47,233 nucleotides of DNA, from the NCBI GenBank assembly GCA_013698135.1, contig JACCVM010000026.1, positions 1-47,233 of the forward strand. The letters are read 5' to 3'. The notes below the pieces were generated by a model that made no database searches, was not told the origin of the DNA, and saw only the letters and a program-made list of their open reading frames with translations. Made by a program: the position numbers and the translations under genes. The stretch is from Euzebyaceae bacterium. GTDB taxonomy: Bacteria > Actinomycetota > Nitriliruptoria > Euzebyales > Egibacteraceae. Positions 9,901 to 18,527 of this stretch are shown here, one piece after another; position 1 is the first letter of the stretch; every line of letters starts with the position of its first letter.

Positions 9901-11799
9901 GCCGAAGTCCTGGATGTGCAGCTCCGGTTCGTCGCCCCCGTCGCCGCCAAAGCCGTAAGGGATCTCCTCCACGACGTTGAGCCCAAGGCTTTCCAGGATG
10001 GGCATGAACGACGACAGCGGCACCGCCGGACCCAGCTTGTACAGGTTGAAGCGCACCAAGTCGACGCTGGGGTCGCTGTCGGGGCGCAGGGCCATCACCA
10101 CGTCGCTGCAGTCCGCGCCGGTGTCCGCGCACAACCGCTCCAGCTGCGCGATGTCGTGCAACGCCGTGTGGACGGTGGTGGTTTCGGCGTAGCCGGCGGG
10201 GAGGCGTCTGGCGTACAAGCGCGCCAAGCGCCGGCCTTCAGATTCGCCATGCGCGCCGACCAGCTCGACGAGCAGGTCGTCGGTCCAGGTCCGCGTCAGC
10301 GCATTGACCGACCCCTCGAGCTCTTCGGCCCGGACCTGCGCCAGCTCGCCGTCGCCGGCGTGCAGCACGAAGTGCAGCAGCGCGCGGTCCCGCTCGGTCA
10401 TGGTCAGCTGGTAATCGACCGCGGCGGCGGCGAACTCTTCGACGAGCAGCTGCTGGATGCGCATGCGGATGACGGCGTTGAAGCGCTCCCGGGGGACCGC
10501 CACCAGCGCGGACACGCTGCGACCGTCCTCGGCGGCGCGCAGCAGCAACCGCACGTCTTGACCGCGTTGCGCCTCGAGCAGGTTCACCAGGGTCTGGCGC
10601 ACGTCTTCGGTGTCGGCGGCGAACAGCTCGTGCTTGGGAATCGCCTCGAACAGTGCGCGCAGGCTGCGCTCGTCGTGCGAGTGGTCGACGACGTCCTCGG
10701 CTTCCAGGATCTGACGCAGCTTGCGCCGCAGCACCGGGATGGTGCTGGCGGGCTCGGCGTAGGCCTTCTGGGCGAACAGCCCGAGCAGCCGGCACTCGCC
10801 GTGCACCTTGCCGTCGCCGCCGACCTTCTTGACGCCGACGTACATCATCCGCGTCTGGCGCTGGACCCTGCTGACCCGGTTGGTGCGCGCGACGACCAGC
10901 AGGTCGCCGCCCTCGATCCGTTCCCGCAGCGGCTCGGCTACCTCGTCCAGCGCAACGGGCTGGGCCCAGCTGGAGGACGTCTCGTCGGCCAGGATGCCCA
11001 AGCCCGACCCCCAATGGACCTGGACCACGCGTCCTGCCTCGGTCGCGACGATGTCGTACTCGCGGTAGCCCAGCAGGATGAAGTGGTCGTCGAGCAGCCA
11101 GTTGAGCAGGGAGATCGCCTCGTCGACCTCATCGATGCGGTAACGGGCTCCGGCGCTGGCGCGGGTCTGGAAGCTGACTTCCTCGATCTGTCGGCGCATG
11201 GCGGCGAAGTCGCGGGTGGCGAGGCGGGCGTCGTCCAGTACGGCGCTCAGCTGCTCGGTGAGGCGCTGGCGCTCTGGCTCCGGCAGCCGACGTCGCAGCT
11301 CCAGGTGGATCCACGACTCACGGGTCTCGGCCTGGCGGGCGGGCAGCAGCGCGCTGATATGGCCGTCGTCTGAGCGCAGCACGCCCACGACCGGGTGCAC
11401 GACCTCCTCGATGTCCAAGCCGACCCGGCTCAGCTCCTCGGTGACCGTGGTCAGCAGGAAGGGACCGTCTTCGACGTTGGCCTCCACGACGGTGCCGTCG
11501 GCTCCCCAACCATCGCGCTCCGGTTGCGGGTCGAACACCCGCAGGGCCAACGTGCCCTGCCGTCGCTGGTCCATGAACCCGAAGGCGTCGACCAGCATCG
11601 CGGCGGCGGCATCGGCGTCCAGCTCGGCGAGCCGATCGGCGGGAGCACGACGATAGGTCGCTCGGGCGAGCTGGGAGACAAGGGGTGCGCGGCCCTCCGG
11701 CGCCAACTGGCGGATCCGCGCCAGCAGCGGCGTCAGTGCCTCGTCGTTCGCCCCGGCACCGGCACCGGCACCGGCAGTTGCGGTTGTTGTCCTGGTCAC
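6910..11799 (-). CDS. gdhB: Large (about 180 kDa) NAD-specific glutamate dehydrogenase
   Basis: Single 1629-aa ORF. Size and internal segments (PTGSKGGFVLK, GPDMGT-like VAADRGTATFSD, GGSSGYDHKAMGITARG) match the Bac_GDH family. The GTG start overlaps the hutG stop (GTGA). Confidence 0.93.
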   Translation of the reverse strand: MTRTTTATAGAGAGAGANDEALTPLLARIRQLAPEGRAPLVSQLARATYRRAPADRLAELDADAAAAMLVDAFGFMDQRRQGTLALRVFDPQPERDGWGADGTVVEANVEDGPFLLTTVTEELSRVGLDIEEVVHPVVGVLRSDDGHISALLPARQAETRESWIHLELRRRLPEPERQRLTEQLSAVLDDARLATRDFAAMRRQIEEVSFQTRASAGARYRIDEVDEAISLLNWLLDDHFILLGYREYDIVATEAGRVVQVHWGSGLGILADETSSSWAQPVALDEVAEPLRERIEGGDLLVVARTNRVSRVQRQTRMMYVGVKKVGGDGKVHGECRLLGLFAQKAYAEPASTIPVLRRKLRQILEAEDVVDHSHDERSLRALFEAIPKHELFAADTEDVRQTLVNLLEAQRGQDVRLLLRAAEDGRSVSALVAVPRERFNAVIRMRIQQLLVEEFAAAAVDYQLTMTERDRALLHFVLHAGDGELAQVRAEELEGSVNALTRTWTDDLLVELVGAHGESEGRRLARLYARRLPAGYAETTTVHTALHDIAQLERLCADTGADCSDVVMALRPDSDPSVDLVRFNLYKLGPAVPLSSFMPILESLGLNVVEEIPYGFGGDGGDEPELHIQDFGVRGVDVALDVERDGPRLAAAALAIWQGRAEADRLNRLVLGAGLSWDEVVVLRTYRRYRRQVGTTFTEAYLDQALVDHPDVARALVRLFDTRFDPDQAAGPDEVEAARAAVLKACEGVDRLDTDRILRGYLGLVDATLRTNRWVVHDGAPPACLSLKFDSGAVPEMPKPVPYREIFVCSPHMEGVHLRGGPVARGGLRWSDRQEDYRTEVLGLMKAQVVKNAVIVPTGSKGGFVLKQPMQSPAAHSARPDAEAVRGAVRVQYEVFIRGLLDITDNVVVRTGDGASDVIAPARVRCVDGEDAYLVVAADRGTATFSDLANAVSAEYGFWLGDAFASGGSSGYDHKAMGITARGAWVGVQRHFRELDVDVQSEPITVVGVGDMSGDVFGNGLLQSRQVRLVAAFDHRDIFIDPDPDPSVSFAERRRLYQLPGSSWQDYDRNLLSAGGGVWPRSVKRIALSEQVRSALRVDATTLSPPELIAAILRAPTDLLFAGGIGTFVRATDERNGDVGDRANDAIRIDAASVGARVVGEGGNLAFTQRARIQYARRGGRINTDAIDNAAGVDTSDREVNLKILLALAASGTLSAKARDELLEAMTDEVAAQVLRDVYLQTGAITQELASSSATLEGYELLMTDLAALDREVEVLPSTAEMQRRADAGAGLTRPELAVLLAYAKIDLVTRLLHGRVPDQAYLGGVLRGYFPRLAAERFGDRVDRHRLRRELIATAVANDVVNRMGITYVHRTSSELGCDHDEVTAAYWIAREVSEADASWRAIEALDDRCDPALQMELKGEVDQLVDAFVRSYLRHEMVDIGQAVDRDRPAFHELEKAVAEGAFTRSRGERRSRAARYADLGLEPELAEAIAGLADLASVPDIAAVARSSRQPVRHVADVFFLLTEALPLDELGSALAAIDPQGHWERWQHRGLLDDLRELRRDAAARSITRHPDAVAEEAVDHYLAERQAALERAVVVTRALPRESDSPLAAVSVAVRALREAVTD

Positions 11800-12761
11800 G
11801 CGCTTCTCGACGGTGAGACGGCGGTTTGGACCTCACTCTTCCACACTTGGAACTGGAAGGCGGGCATCCGGGTCAGCACGCCGGCCGCAACGTGCAGCAG
11901 GCACAGGGCGGCGTTGTCCACGGTGATGCCGGTTGGGTCCGCCGCCGCGTCGACCTCGACGACGTCGATGGTGGCGACGGCGGCATGGGCGCCCGCGACC
12001 AAGGCGGCGTCGTGCAGCTCGCCGGGCAGCAGTCCCCCGGGGCGCGCCCCGGGGCAGCCGGGGGCGAAGGCGGCGTCGAGGACGTCGATGTCGAGGTCGA
12101 CGTACAGCATGTCGCAGCGCCGGGCCAGTTCGTCCAGATGGCGCCGGACGCAGGCACCCACGCCTTCCGCGCGCGCCTCGGCGACGGTCACGCTGGTGAT
12201 GCCCTGCTCGTCGGCCCAGCTGCGGTGGGCCGGGGCGTTGGTGAACGCGCCGATCCCGATCTGCACCACGTTGGCGCCGTCGAGGCCGTCGTCGAGCAGC
12301 CCTCGCACAGGGTTGCCGTTGGTCGGTCCCGCATGCATTCCCCGCACGTCGTGATGGGCGTCCAACGTCAGCAGTCCCGCCCGCCCGAGGTCCGGCGCGC
12401 GGGCCACCAGCGCGGGGCGCGTCAGCGCGTTGTCCCCGCCCAGCAGCACCAGCGGCGGGATCGCCGGCAGCGCGGCCACCGCGGCGGCGACGGACTCCAG
12501 CGCCGCCGAGGCAGGCATCCCGTCCATCGCCACGTCGCCGTGGTCGAAGACGGGCAGGTCGCGCAGGTCCAGCCCGGAGCCGGCGTGGTAGGTGGAGAAC
12601 CGCCGCAGCGCCGCCCGCACGGCGCCAGGGGTCTCATGCGCCGCCGATGGTGACAGGGAAGTGCGCGACAGCGGGACCCCGAGCACGGCCAGGCCGGCGG
12701 GGTCGGACCGTGCGGCCAGCCACGCCGAGGCGCGCGGCCACTCCGGATCGTCGGGGGTCAT
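11796..12761 (-). CDS. hutG: Formimidoylglutamase (arginase/ureohydrolase family)
   Basis: Arginase-fold motifs LDAHHDV and YVDLDIDVLDAAFAPG are present. The first metal motif reads GGDNA rather than GGDH. The start overlaps the hutI stop (ATGA). Function is assigned from operon context with hutH/U/I, so agmatinase-type activity cannot be excluded. Confidence 0.75.
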   Translation of the reverse strand: MTPDDPEWPRASAWLAARSDPAGLAVLGVPLSRTSLSPSAAHETPGAVRAALRRFSTYHAGSGLDLRDLPVFDHGDVAMDGMPASAALESVAAAVAALPAIPPLVLLGGDNALTRPALVARAPDLGRAGLLTLDAHHDVRGMHAGPTNGNPVRGLLDDGLDGANVVQIGIGAFTNAPAHRSWADEQGITSVTVAEARAEGVGACVRRHLDELARRCDMLYVDLDIDVLDAAFAPGCPGARPGGLLPGELHDAALVAGAHAAVATIDVVEVDAAADPTGITVDNAALCLLHVAAGVLTRMPAFQFQVWKSEVQTAVSPSRSA

Positions 12762-13966
12762 CGCCTCGAGTACACCACGCGGCCGCTGCGCATCACGGTG
12801 TCCACCAGGTCCATGCCGGGACGGTAGGCCAGGTGGGTGGCGTTGTCAGCCGCCAAGATCACCAGGTCGCCTCGAGCGCCGACGCCCAGGTGGCCGGCGT
12901 CGTCGAGGCGCAGCGCGGCGGCGGCGCCAGCCGTCACGGCACGCACCGCCTCGTCGGGGGTCAGGCCCAGATGCAGGCAACCCAGGGCCACGATCAACGG
13001 CATGCTCGTGGTGTAGCTGGTACCCGGGTTGCAATCGGTCGCCAGCGCCACGGTCACCCCCGCGTCGAGCAGGCGGCGCGCGGGAGCCGCAGGCGAGCGG
13101 GTGGACAGCTCCGCCAGCGGGAGCAGGGTGGCCACCACGCCGGCGGCCGCCAAGGCGTCGATGTCGTCGGCGGTCAGGTGGGTGAGGTGGTCGGCCGAGG
13201 CGGCACCGAGCTCGGCGGCCAGCTGTGCACCGGGGCCGGGACCCAGCTGGTTGGCGTGCAGCCGCACGGTCAGCCCTCGGGCGGCCCCCGCGGTCAGCAC
13301 CGCCCGGCTGGCCTCGGCGTCGAAGGCCCCCTGCTCGCAGAAGGCGTCGCAGCCGTCGGCCAGCGGGGCACACGCGTCCAACATCGGCCCGCGAACCAGG
13401 TCGACGTAGGCGTCGGGGTCGCCGGCGTGCTCGGGTGGTACGACGTGCGCGCCCAGGAAGGTCGCCACCACAGCCGGCAGCGCGGGGTCGTCGCTGATCG
13501 CGGCGGCGGTCCGCAGGCACCGGACCTCGTCGGAAACGGTGAGGCCGTAGCCGGACTTGACCTCCATCGTGGTGGTACCGGTTCGCAGCGCGGCGGCCGC
13601 GCGCCGGCGGGCGCCGTCGAGGAGCGCGGCATCGGAGGCCCCCCGGGTCGCGGCGACGGTGGTGCGGATGCCACCGGCGGCGTAGGGCTCGCCCGCCAGC
13701 CTCGCAGCGAACTCGTCGGCGCGGTCCCCGGCGAAAACCAGGTGGGTGTGCGGGTCCACCAAGCCAGGCAGCACGCAAGCCCCGGCCGCGTCCAGGTGCC
13801 CGTCGCCGGCGGCCTCGGGCATCGCCCGTTGCTCGCCGACCCAGACCACGCGCCCGTTGTGGATGAGCAGCGCCGCGTCGCGGATGCCACCGAGCAGCCC
13901 GTCCCCCAGCTCCGGCCGGTTGCTGACCAGCAGCCCGATGCCCGTGACCGCCAGGGTTGCGGTCAT
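12758..13966 (-). CDS. hutI: Imidazolonepropionase
   Basis: 402 aa from ATG 13966 (MTATLAVTGIGLL...). Contains DPHTHLVFAG and amidohydrolase-fold His/Asp motifs. The 61-codon upstream extension in the ORF track is Arg-rich junk overlapping the preceding gene. Confidence 0.92.
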   Translation of the reverse strand: MTATLAVTGIGLLVSNRPELGDGLLGGIRDAALLIHNGRVVWVGEQRAMPEAAGDGHLDAAGACVLPGLVDPHTHLVFAGDRADEFAARLAGEPYAAGGIRTTVAATRGASDAALLDGARRRAAAALRTGTTTMEVKSGYGLTVSDEVRCLRTAAAISDDPALPAVVATFLGAHVVPPEHAGDPDAYVDLVRGPMLDACAPLADGCDAFCEQGAFDAEASRAVLTAGAARGLTVRLHANQLGPGPGAQLAAELGAASADHLTHLTADDIDALAAAGVVATLLPLAELSTRSPAAPARRLLDAGVTVALATDCNPGTSYTTSMPLIVALGCLHLGLTPDEAVRAVTAGAAAALRLDDAGHLGVGARGDLVILAADNATHLAYRPGMDLVDTVMRSGRVVYSRR

Positions 13967-14853
13967 CCCCGCCGCGATTCCGAGCGCACGTCTGTCAGCA
14001 GCGCGGCGATTACCTCGTCCAACGGCGGGGCGTCGGCGTCGCGCAGGTCGCGCAGGCGGCGATAGATGTCCGCGGCAGCCTCGTGGAAGCCGCCGGGCAG
14101 GCCTGCCGCCTCCAGTGTCGCGGCGATCTCGGTCATCTCCCCCGACCACCGCCAGGCCTTCGGTGCGCCGCGGGCGGCGACGGCCTCGCAGTCGTCAGCC
14201 AGTTCGGCCAGGGTGGACCCCGGCCGCTGCCACTCGGCGACCAGGTCGGCGTCGACGCCTTCGGCGACGGCGGCGGCGCGGATGGCCAGCAGCAGCGCGG
14301 CCCGGCCCTTGGTGTACGCGGCGTAGGTCATCTTCAGCGCCGAGGCAGCGCCAACCGGGCGAGGGGCGGAGTCTTTGTGCAGCACGACGGCTTCCAGCAC
14401 GGACCCTTCGAACAGCGCGGCGACGGCGTGGCTGCCGGGGCCCGACAGGTAGAGGCGGGTGCGGCCGGCGACCCTCGGCACGGAGCCGATGATGCCGCCG
14501 TCGACGAACCGCGCGCCGGCCGCCTCCACGATCTCGGCAGCATGGCGGGCGGTCGGCGGGGCGATGGCGTTGGCGTCGACGTACAGGCCGTCGTAGCCGG
14601 AACCGGCGACGGCGGTCGCCACCTCCACCGCGGCATCGGGCGGGCAGACCGACAGCAGGATCTCGGCGTTCCGGCACATCGCGGCCAGGTCGCCCACATC
14701 GCTCAGGCCGGCGGCCTCGGCCCGGCGCCGCGTGGCGGCGCTGCGCCCCTGCGATGCCCACAGCACCCGGTCGGCGGCGGGTGACACGCAGGCGGCAACC
14801 GCCGCGCCCATCTCGCCGGGATGCACCACGCCGATCACCGGCCGGCCGGGCAT
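13963..14853 (-). CDS. NAD(P)-binding oxidoreductase, 6-phosphogluconate/beta-hydroxyacid dehydrogenase-like with DUF1932-type C-terminus
   Basis: 296 aa from ATG 14853 (MPGRPVIGVVHPGEMGAAVA = Rossmann GxGxxG-like). The C-terminal region ...KAWRWSGEMTEIAATLE... resembles the DUF1932 pattern. The stop overlaps the hutI start. Confidence 0.7.
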   Translation of the reverse strand: MPGRPVIGVVHPGEMGAAVAACVSPAADRVLWASQGRSAATRRRAEAAGLSDVGDLAAMCRNAEILLSVCPPDAAVEVATAVAGSGYDGLYVDANAIAPPTARHAAEIVEAAGARFVDGGIIGSVPRVAGRTRLYLSGPGSHAVAALFEGSVLEAVVLHKDSAPRPVGAASALKMTYAAYTKGRAALLLAIRAAAVAEGVDADLVAEWQRPGSTLAELADDCEAVAARGAPKAWRWSGEMTEIAATLEAAGLPGGFHEAAADIYRRLRDLRDADAPPLDEVIAALLTDVRSESRRG

Positions 14854-14855
14854 GC

Positions 14856-15899
14856 TCACGCCGACAAACGCTCGGCGAGGTAGCGCACGGCCAGGGGGTA
14901 GCGGTACTCGATGGCGCCGTGGGTCGCGTCGAACAGCTCGAATCGCGAGTCCACCCCGATGTCGGCCAGTGCCTGGCGGAAGGCCTGCGCACCGAGGTCG
15001 AGGAAATACTCGTCGCGCGTGCCGGCATCGATCCAGACCGCCTTGAGGCCGCGCAGCGCGGCGGCGTGGCCGGGTACCATCCGGACCGGATCCCACGCCA
15101 GCCAACGCTGCCACACGTCGGGAAGCAGCTGACCGGTCGCCGGGTCGAACGGCAGGCGGACAGTGCCGTCGTCGTCGGTCGAGTAGCAGGCCGCCATCGC
15201 CCATTCGTTGATCAGCGCTCCGTCGTGGTCCTTGCTCATGGCGGACCGGCTGCCGAAGTCGTCCCAGAAGCGGTCATAGGAGCCGTCGTAGTGGTCGCGC
15301 AGCGCGCGGGCGCACTCGGCGAACTCTGGCTGGTAGCAGACCTCGAACAGCGCATCGCCGGCGTGCGTCGCCAGCCCGCCGAACAGGTCGGGGCGCAGCA
15401 TCGGCGTCACCATCGCACCGTACCCGCCGCTGGACTTGCCAGCGATCCCCCGATGCTCGGCGGCGATCAGGGTGGCGTAGTTCGCGTCGACGTACGACAC
15501 GACCTCCTCGCACAGATAGCTGTGATAGCGGCCGGTGCCCGGCGAGTCGAGGAACTGGCTGCCGCCGTAGGACGTCCAGCAGTCGACGAACACCACGACG
15601 CACGGTGGCGCGCCGTCGTCGGCGAAGGCGGCGTCGATCAGCTCCACCACGTTGGGACGGAACGCCGAGCGGTTGCGCCACATGTCGATCTGCCCGGTCA
15701 TGCCCTGGAGCAGGTAGACGCTGGGATACCGCCGTTCGGCGGCGTCGTAGCCAGGTGGCGTGTAGACCCACAGTGGCCGGCGGGCCGGGTCGCCCAGCGG
15801 GTTATCGGCCAGCAGCGCCGAATCGATCTCGACCTCGTCAAGGCGCCCGCGCAGCGGCCTCGACCACGGTTCCATCATGGCCTCCTTCCGGCTTGGCAC
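14856..15899 (-). CDS. Serine esterase of the 'putative esterase'/esterase D fold (alpha/beta hydrolase)
   Basis: 347-aa ORF with nucleophile elbow GKSSGGYGA (GxSxG). The N-terminal ...PLWVYTPPGYD....YPSVYLLQG... is typical of esterase D/enterochelin-esterase-like proteins. It ends 2 nt before the next gene start. Confidence 0.75.
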   Translation of the reverse strand: MPSRKEAMMEPWSRPLRGRLDEVEIDSALLADNPLGDPARRPLWVYTPPGYDAAERRYPSVYLLQGMTGQIDMWRNRSAFRPNVVELIDAAFADDGAPPCVVVFVDCWTSYGGSQFLDSPGTGRYHSYLCEEVVSYVDANYATLIAAEHRGIAGKSSGGYGAMVTPMLRPDLFGGLATHAGDALFEVCYQPEFAECARALRDHYDGSYDRFWDDFGSRSAMSKDHDGALINEWAMAACYSTDDDGTVRLPFDPATGQLLPDVWQRWLAWDPVRMVPGHAAALRGLKAVWIDAGTRDEYFLDLGAQAFRQALADIGVDSRFELFDATHGAIEYRYPLAVRYLAERLSA

Positions 15900-15965
15900 C
15901 GCAGCCTCGCAGGTCGATCGCTGCCGGCCAACACCGACGAGCGCAGCGGGCAGCCCCGGCAGCCG

Positions 15966-16343
15966 TCACCCGGTCGGTCGGGCGTCGAGCACTCCAGGCC
16001 CCCCGAGCAGCCACACGCCGTGTTCCCGCGCCTCGGCGGCGACCGGGTTGCCGCGCTCGACCTCGCCCAGCCACTCCTGCGGCGTCCACGCCACAGGCTG
16101 GATGGGATCGGGGGCTTCGCCGAGAACGGCGAAGCGGTCCAGCGGCCGCTGTGGGAGGTGTTCGGCGACGACGAGGACGTCGACGTCACTGTGGTCGCTG
16201 AAGTCACCCCTGGCGACGGATCCGAACACCACCACGGCGCGGACCCCCAGCGCCGGGTTGAGGGCGTGGGCAAACCGCTGCGCACGAGCGATCAGGGCCG
16301 CCCGCTCCGCGTGCCTTCGCGCGATGACCTCCCTGGCGTTCAC
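15966..16343 (-). CDS. Minimal nucleotidyltransferase (MNT), antitoxin-type partner of HEPN
   Basis: 125 aa with the pol-beta NTase signature VVFGSVARGDFSDHSDVDVLVV (GS-x-RG ... DxD). The GTG start overlaps the stop of the upstream HEPN reading frame (GTGA). Confidence 0.85.
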   Translation of the reverse strand: MNAREVIARRHAERAALIARAQRFAHALNPALGVRAVVVFGSVARGDFSDHSDVDVLVVAEHLPQRPLDRFAVLGEAPDPIQPVAWTPQEWLGEVERGNPVAAEAREHGVWLLGGPGVLDARPTG

Positions 16344-16887
16344 GGTCGTTCCCGTTCATCGTCGCTCCGCTCTGCAGCCGCGTCCCGCAGTGCTTGCCAC
16401 ACACCATTGACGAACCCCGCCACGCGCTCGGCGTCGCGAATGGCCACGGTTGAGTCGGCGGCCGTGTACTGGTCGATCGGGGCACCGCCTGGCAACGCGT
16501 CGGGATAGCGCGACGGCAGGTAGTGGCGACCCAGCCGCACGAGCGCCTCTCGCAGTGGGTCGATGAGCGCCGTGCCCGTAGCTTCGGCGGCCGCCGCCCC
16601 TACAGCGACAGGTTGTGGCCCCGTGCTCGCCCTCCGGCACCGACGGCGAACAGCAGCCCCTTGACCGCCTGCCGCGCGGGTTGCTCAGCGTGGAGGCAGG
16701 CATGGTGATGCTGCTCATGTTCGGCTCCGAGGCGGGCCATCAGCAGGGACGATTCAGCGCTGCGCCACCATCGGTCGTATTCGGTCTGGTCGAGCGGTAC
16801 CACTGCCACACCACCTCCGGCGCCATTGTCCCACCCGCTCGGCCGGTCAGCGGTCAGGTCGGCATGGTCGGCAGCCCGGGCCATCAT
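16340..16887 (-). pseudogene. HEPN-domain protein (toxin-type partner of MNT), split by a frameshift near 16600
   Basis: The N-terminal half (16600-16887, ...WWRSAESSLLMA...AEQPARQAVKGLLFAVG...GHNLSL then TAG) and the C-terminal half are in different frames. The C-terminal half is the -1 frame, open across the junction, reading ...GAAAAEATGTALIDPLREALVRLGRHYLPSRYPDALPGG...AIRDAERV.... Together they reconstitute one complete HEPN domain. ATG 16887 overlaps the hutU stop (TGATG). Confidence 0.7.
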
Positions 16888-18527
16888 CAAGGAGGTCGGG
16901 CTTCCTCCAGCATCGGCAGCCGCACGCCCCGTTCGCGAGCGACCTGCGCGGCGCGGTCGTAGCCGGCATCGGCGTGGCGCATCACCCCGGTTCCGGGATC
17001 GTTGGTGAGCACGCGGTCGAGGCGCTCGGCGGCATCAGCGCTGCCGTCGGCGACGACCTGCGCGCCGGCGTGGATCGACTTGCCCATCCCGACGCCCCCG
17101 CCGTGGTGCACGGCGACCCAGGCGGCGCCCGAGGCGACGTTGAGCAGGGCGTTGAGGATGGGCCAGTCGGCGATGGCGTCGCTGCCGTCGGCCATCGATT
17201 CGGTCTCGCGGTAGGGCGACGCGACGGACCCGGAGTCCAGGTGGTCGCGCCAGATGACGATCGGCGCTCGAACCTTGCCCGTGGCCACCAGGTCGTTGAA
17301 CAGCGCGCCGGCTCTGGCCCGTTCGCCGTAGCCCAGCCAGCAGATGCGTGCTGGCAGGCCCTGGAAGGCAACGCGCTCCTGCGCCAGGGGCAGCCAGCGC
17401 TGCAGCGTCTCGTCGTCGACGAAGGCCTCCAGTAGCGCAGCGTCGGTGGCGGCGATGTCGGCGGGATCGCCGGACAGCGCGACCCAGCGGAACGGGCCCT
17501 TCCCTTCGCAGAACAGCGGGCGGATGTACGCGGGGACGAATCCCGGGTAGGAGAACGCCTCCGCGAACCCGCCGAGCCGTGCCTCGCCGCGCAGGTTGTT
17601 GCCGTAGTCGAAGACCTCGGCGCCGGCCAGGGCGAAGCCGACCATGGCCTCGCAGTGGCGGGCCATCGACGCCCGCGCGCGTTCCACGTACTCGCCGGGT
17701 TTGTCCCGCCGAAGCCGCGCGGCCTCGTCGAGGTTCAGACCAGCCGGCACATAGCCGTTGAGCGGGTCGTGCGCCGAGGTCTGGTCGGTGACCACGTCGA
17801 TCGCCGCGCCCTGCGCCAGCAGCTGCGGGAAAGCCTCGGCGGCGTTGGCGACCACGGCGATCGAGCGCGCCTGTCCAGCGTCGGCGGCGCGGCGGGCGCG
17901 CACCAGCCCGTCGTCGAGAGAGTCGGCGATCTCGTCGAGGTAGCGGGTCTTCACCCGCCGCTGCGCCCTGGCCGGGTCGACCTCGACGCAGAGCGCCACC
18001 CCGCCGTTCATCGTGACCGCCAGCGGCTGGGCGCCACCCATCCCGCCCAGCCCAGCGGTCAGCACCACCTTGCCGCGCAGGTCACCCCCGTAGCGCTGCT
18101 CGGCCAGCGTGGAGAAGGTCTGGAAGGTGCCCTGCAGGATCCCCTGCGTGCCGATGTAGATCCACGAACCGGCCGTCATCTGCCCGTACATCGTCAGGCC
18201 CGCCGCCTCTAGCGCCCAGAAGTCCTCCCACGAGGCCCAGTCGGGCACCAACAGGCTGTTGGCGATCAGCACCCGGGGGGCGTGCGGAAACGTGCGGAAG
18301 CGCCCGACCGGCTTGCCGGACTGCACCAGCAACGTCTCGTCGTCGCCGAGGTCGCGCAGCGTCGCCTCGATCACCGCCAGACTGCGCTGGTCGCGTGCGG
18401 CCTTGCCGCTGCCGCCGTAGACGACGAGGTCGTCGGGGCGCTCGGCGACGTCGGGGTGCAGGTTGTTGCGCAGGCAGCGCAGCGCCGCCTCCTGCAGCCA
18501 GCCGCGGCACTCCAGCGGGTCGTTCAT
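16887..18527 (-). CDS. hutU: Urocanate hydratase
   Basis: 546-aa ORF with typical urocanase segments ([44 protein letters not shown]). The start overlaps the hutH stop (ATGA). Confidence 0.96.
   Translation of the reverse strand: MNDPLECRGWLQEAALRCLRNNLHPDVAERPDDLVVYGGSGKAARDQRSLAVIEATLRDLGDDETLLVQSGKPVGRFRTFPHAPRVLIANSLLVPDWASWEDFWALEAAGLTMYGQMTAGSWIYIGTQGILQGTFQTFSTLAEQRYGGDLRGKVVLTAGLGGMGGAQPLAVTMNGGVALCVEVDPARAQRRVKTRYLDEIADSLDDGLVRARRAADAGQARSIAVVANAAEAFPQLLAQGAAIDVVTDQTSAHDPLNGYVPAGLNLDEAARLRRDKPGEYVERARASMARHCEAMVGFALAGAEVFDYGNNLRGEARLGGFAEAFSYPGFVPAYIRPLFCEGKGPFRWVALSGDPADIAATDAALLEAFVDDETLQRWLPLAQERVAFQGLPARICWLGYGERARAGALFNDLVATGKVRAPIVIWRDHLDSGSVASPYRETESMADGSDAIADWPILNALLNVASGAAWVAVHHGGGVGMGKSIHAGAQVVADGSADAAERLDRVLTNDPGTGVMRHADAGYDRAAQVARERGVRLPMLEEARPP

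Noticed and set aside
11753-11776. (CCGGCA)x4 hexanucleotide microsatellite near the gdh 5' end as a phase-variation switch
   Set aside because: The unit length is a multiple of three. Slippage would only vary an (Ala-Gly)n tract in the disordered N-terminus, so there is no on/off potential.
13967-14149. N-terminal extensions of track ORFs (hutI to 14149, oxidoreductase to 15204, cysQ to 28708, PP2C to 29415, msrB to 35580, beta-propeller to 37025, icd to 38949, PH-domain protein to 40717, dnaG to 45146, dgt to 46459)
   Set aside because: The extensions overlap the upstream gene or a tRNA and translate to Arg-rich junk. Internal starts with RBS or stop/start overlaps give N-termini colinear with the known families.
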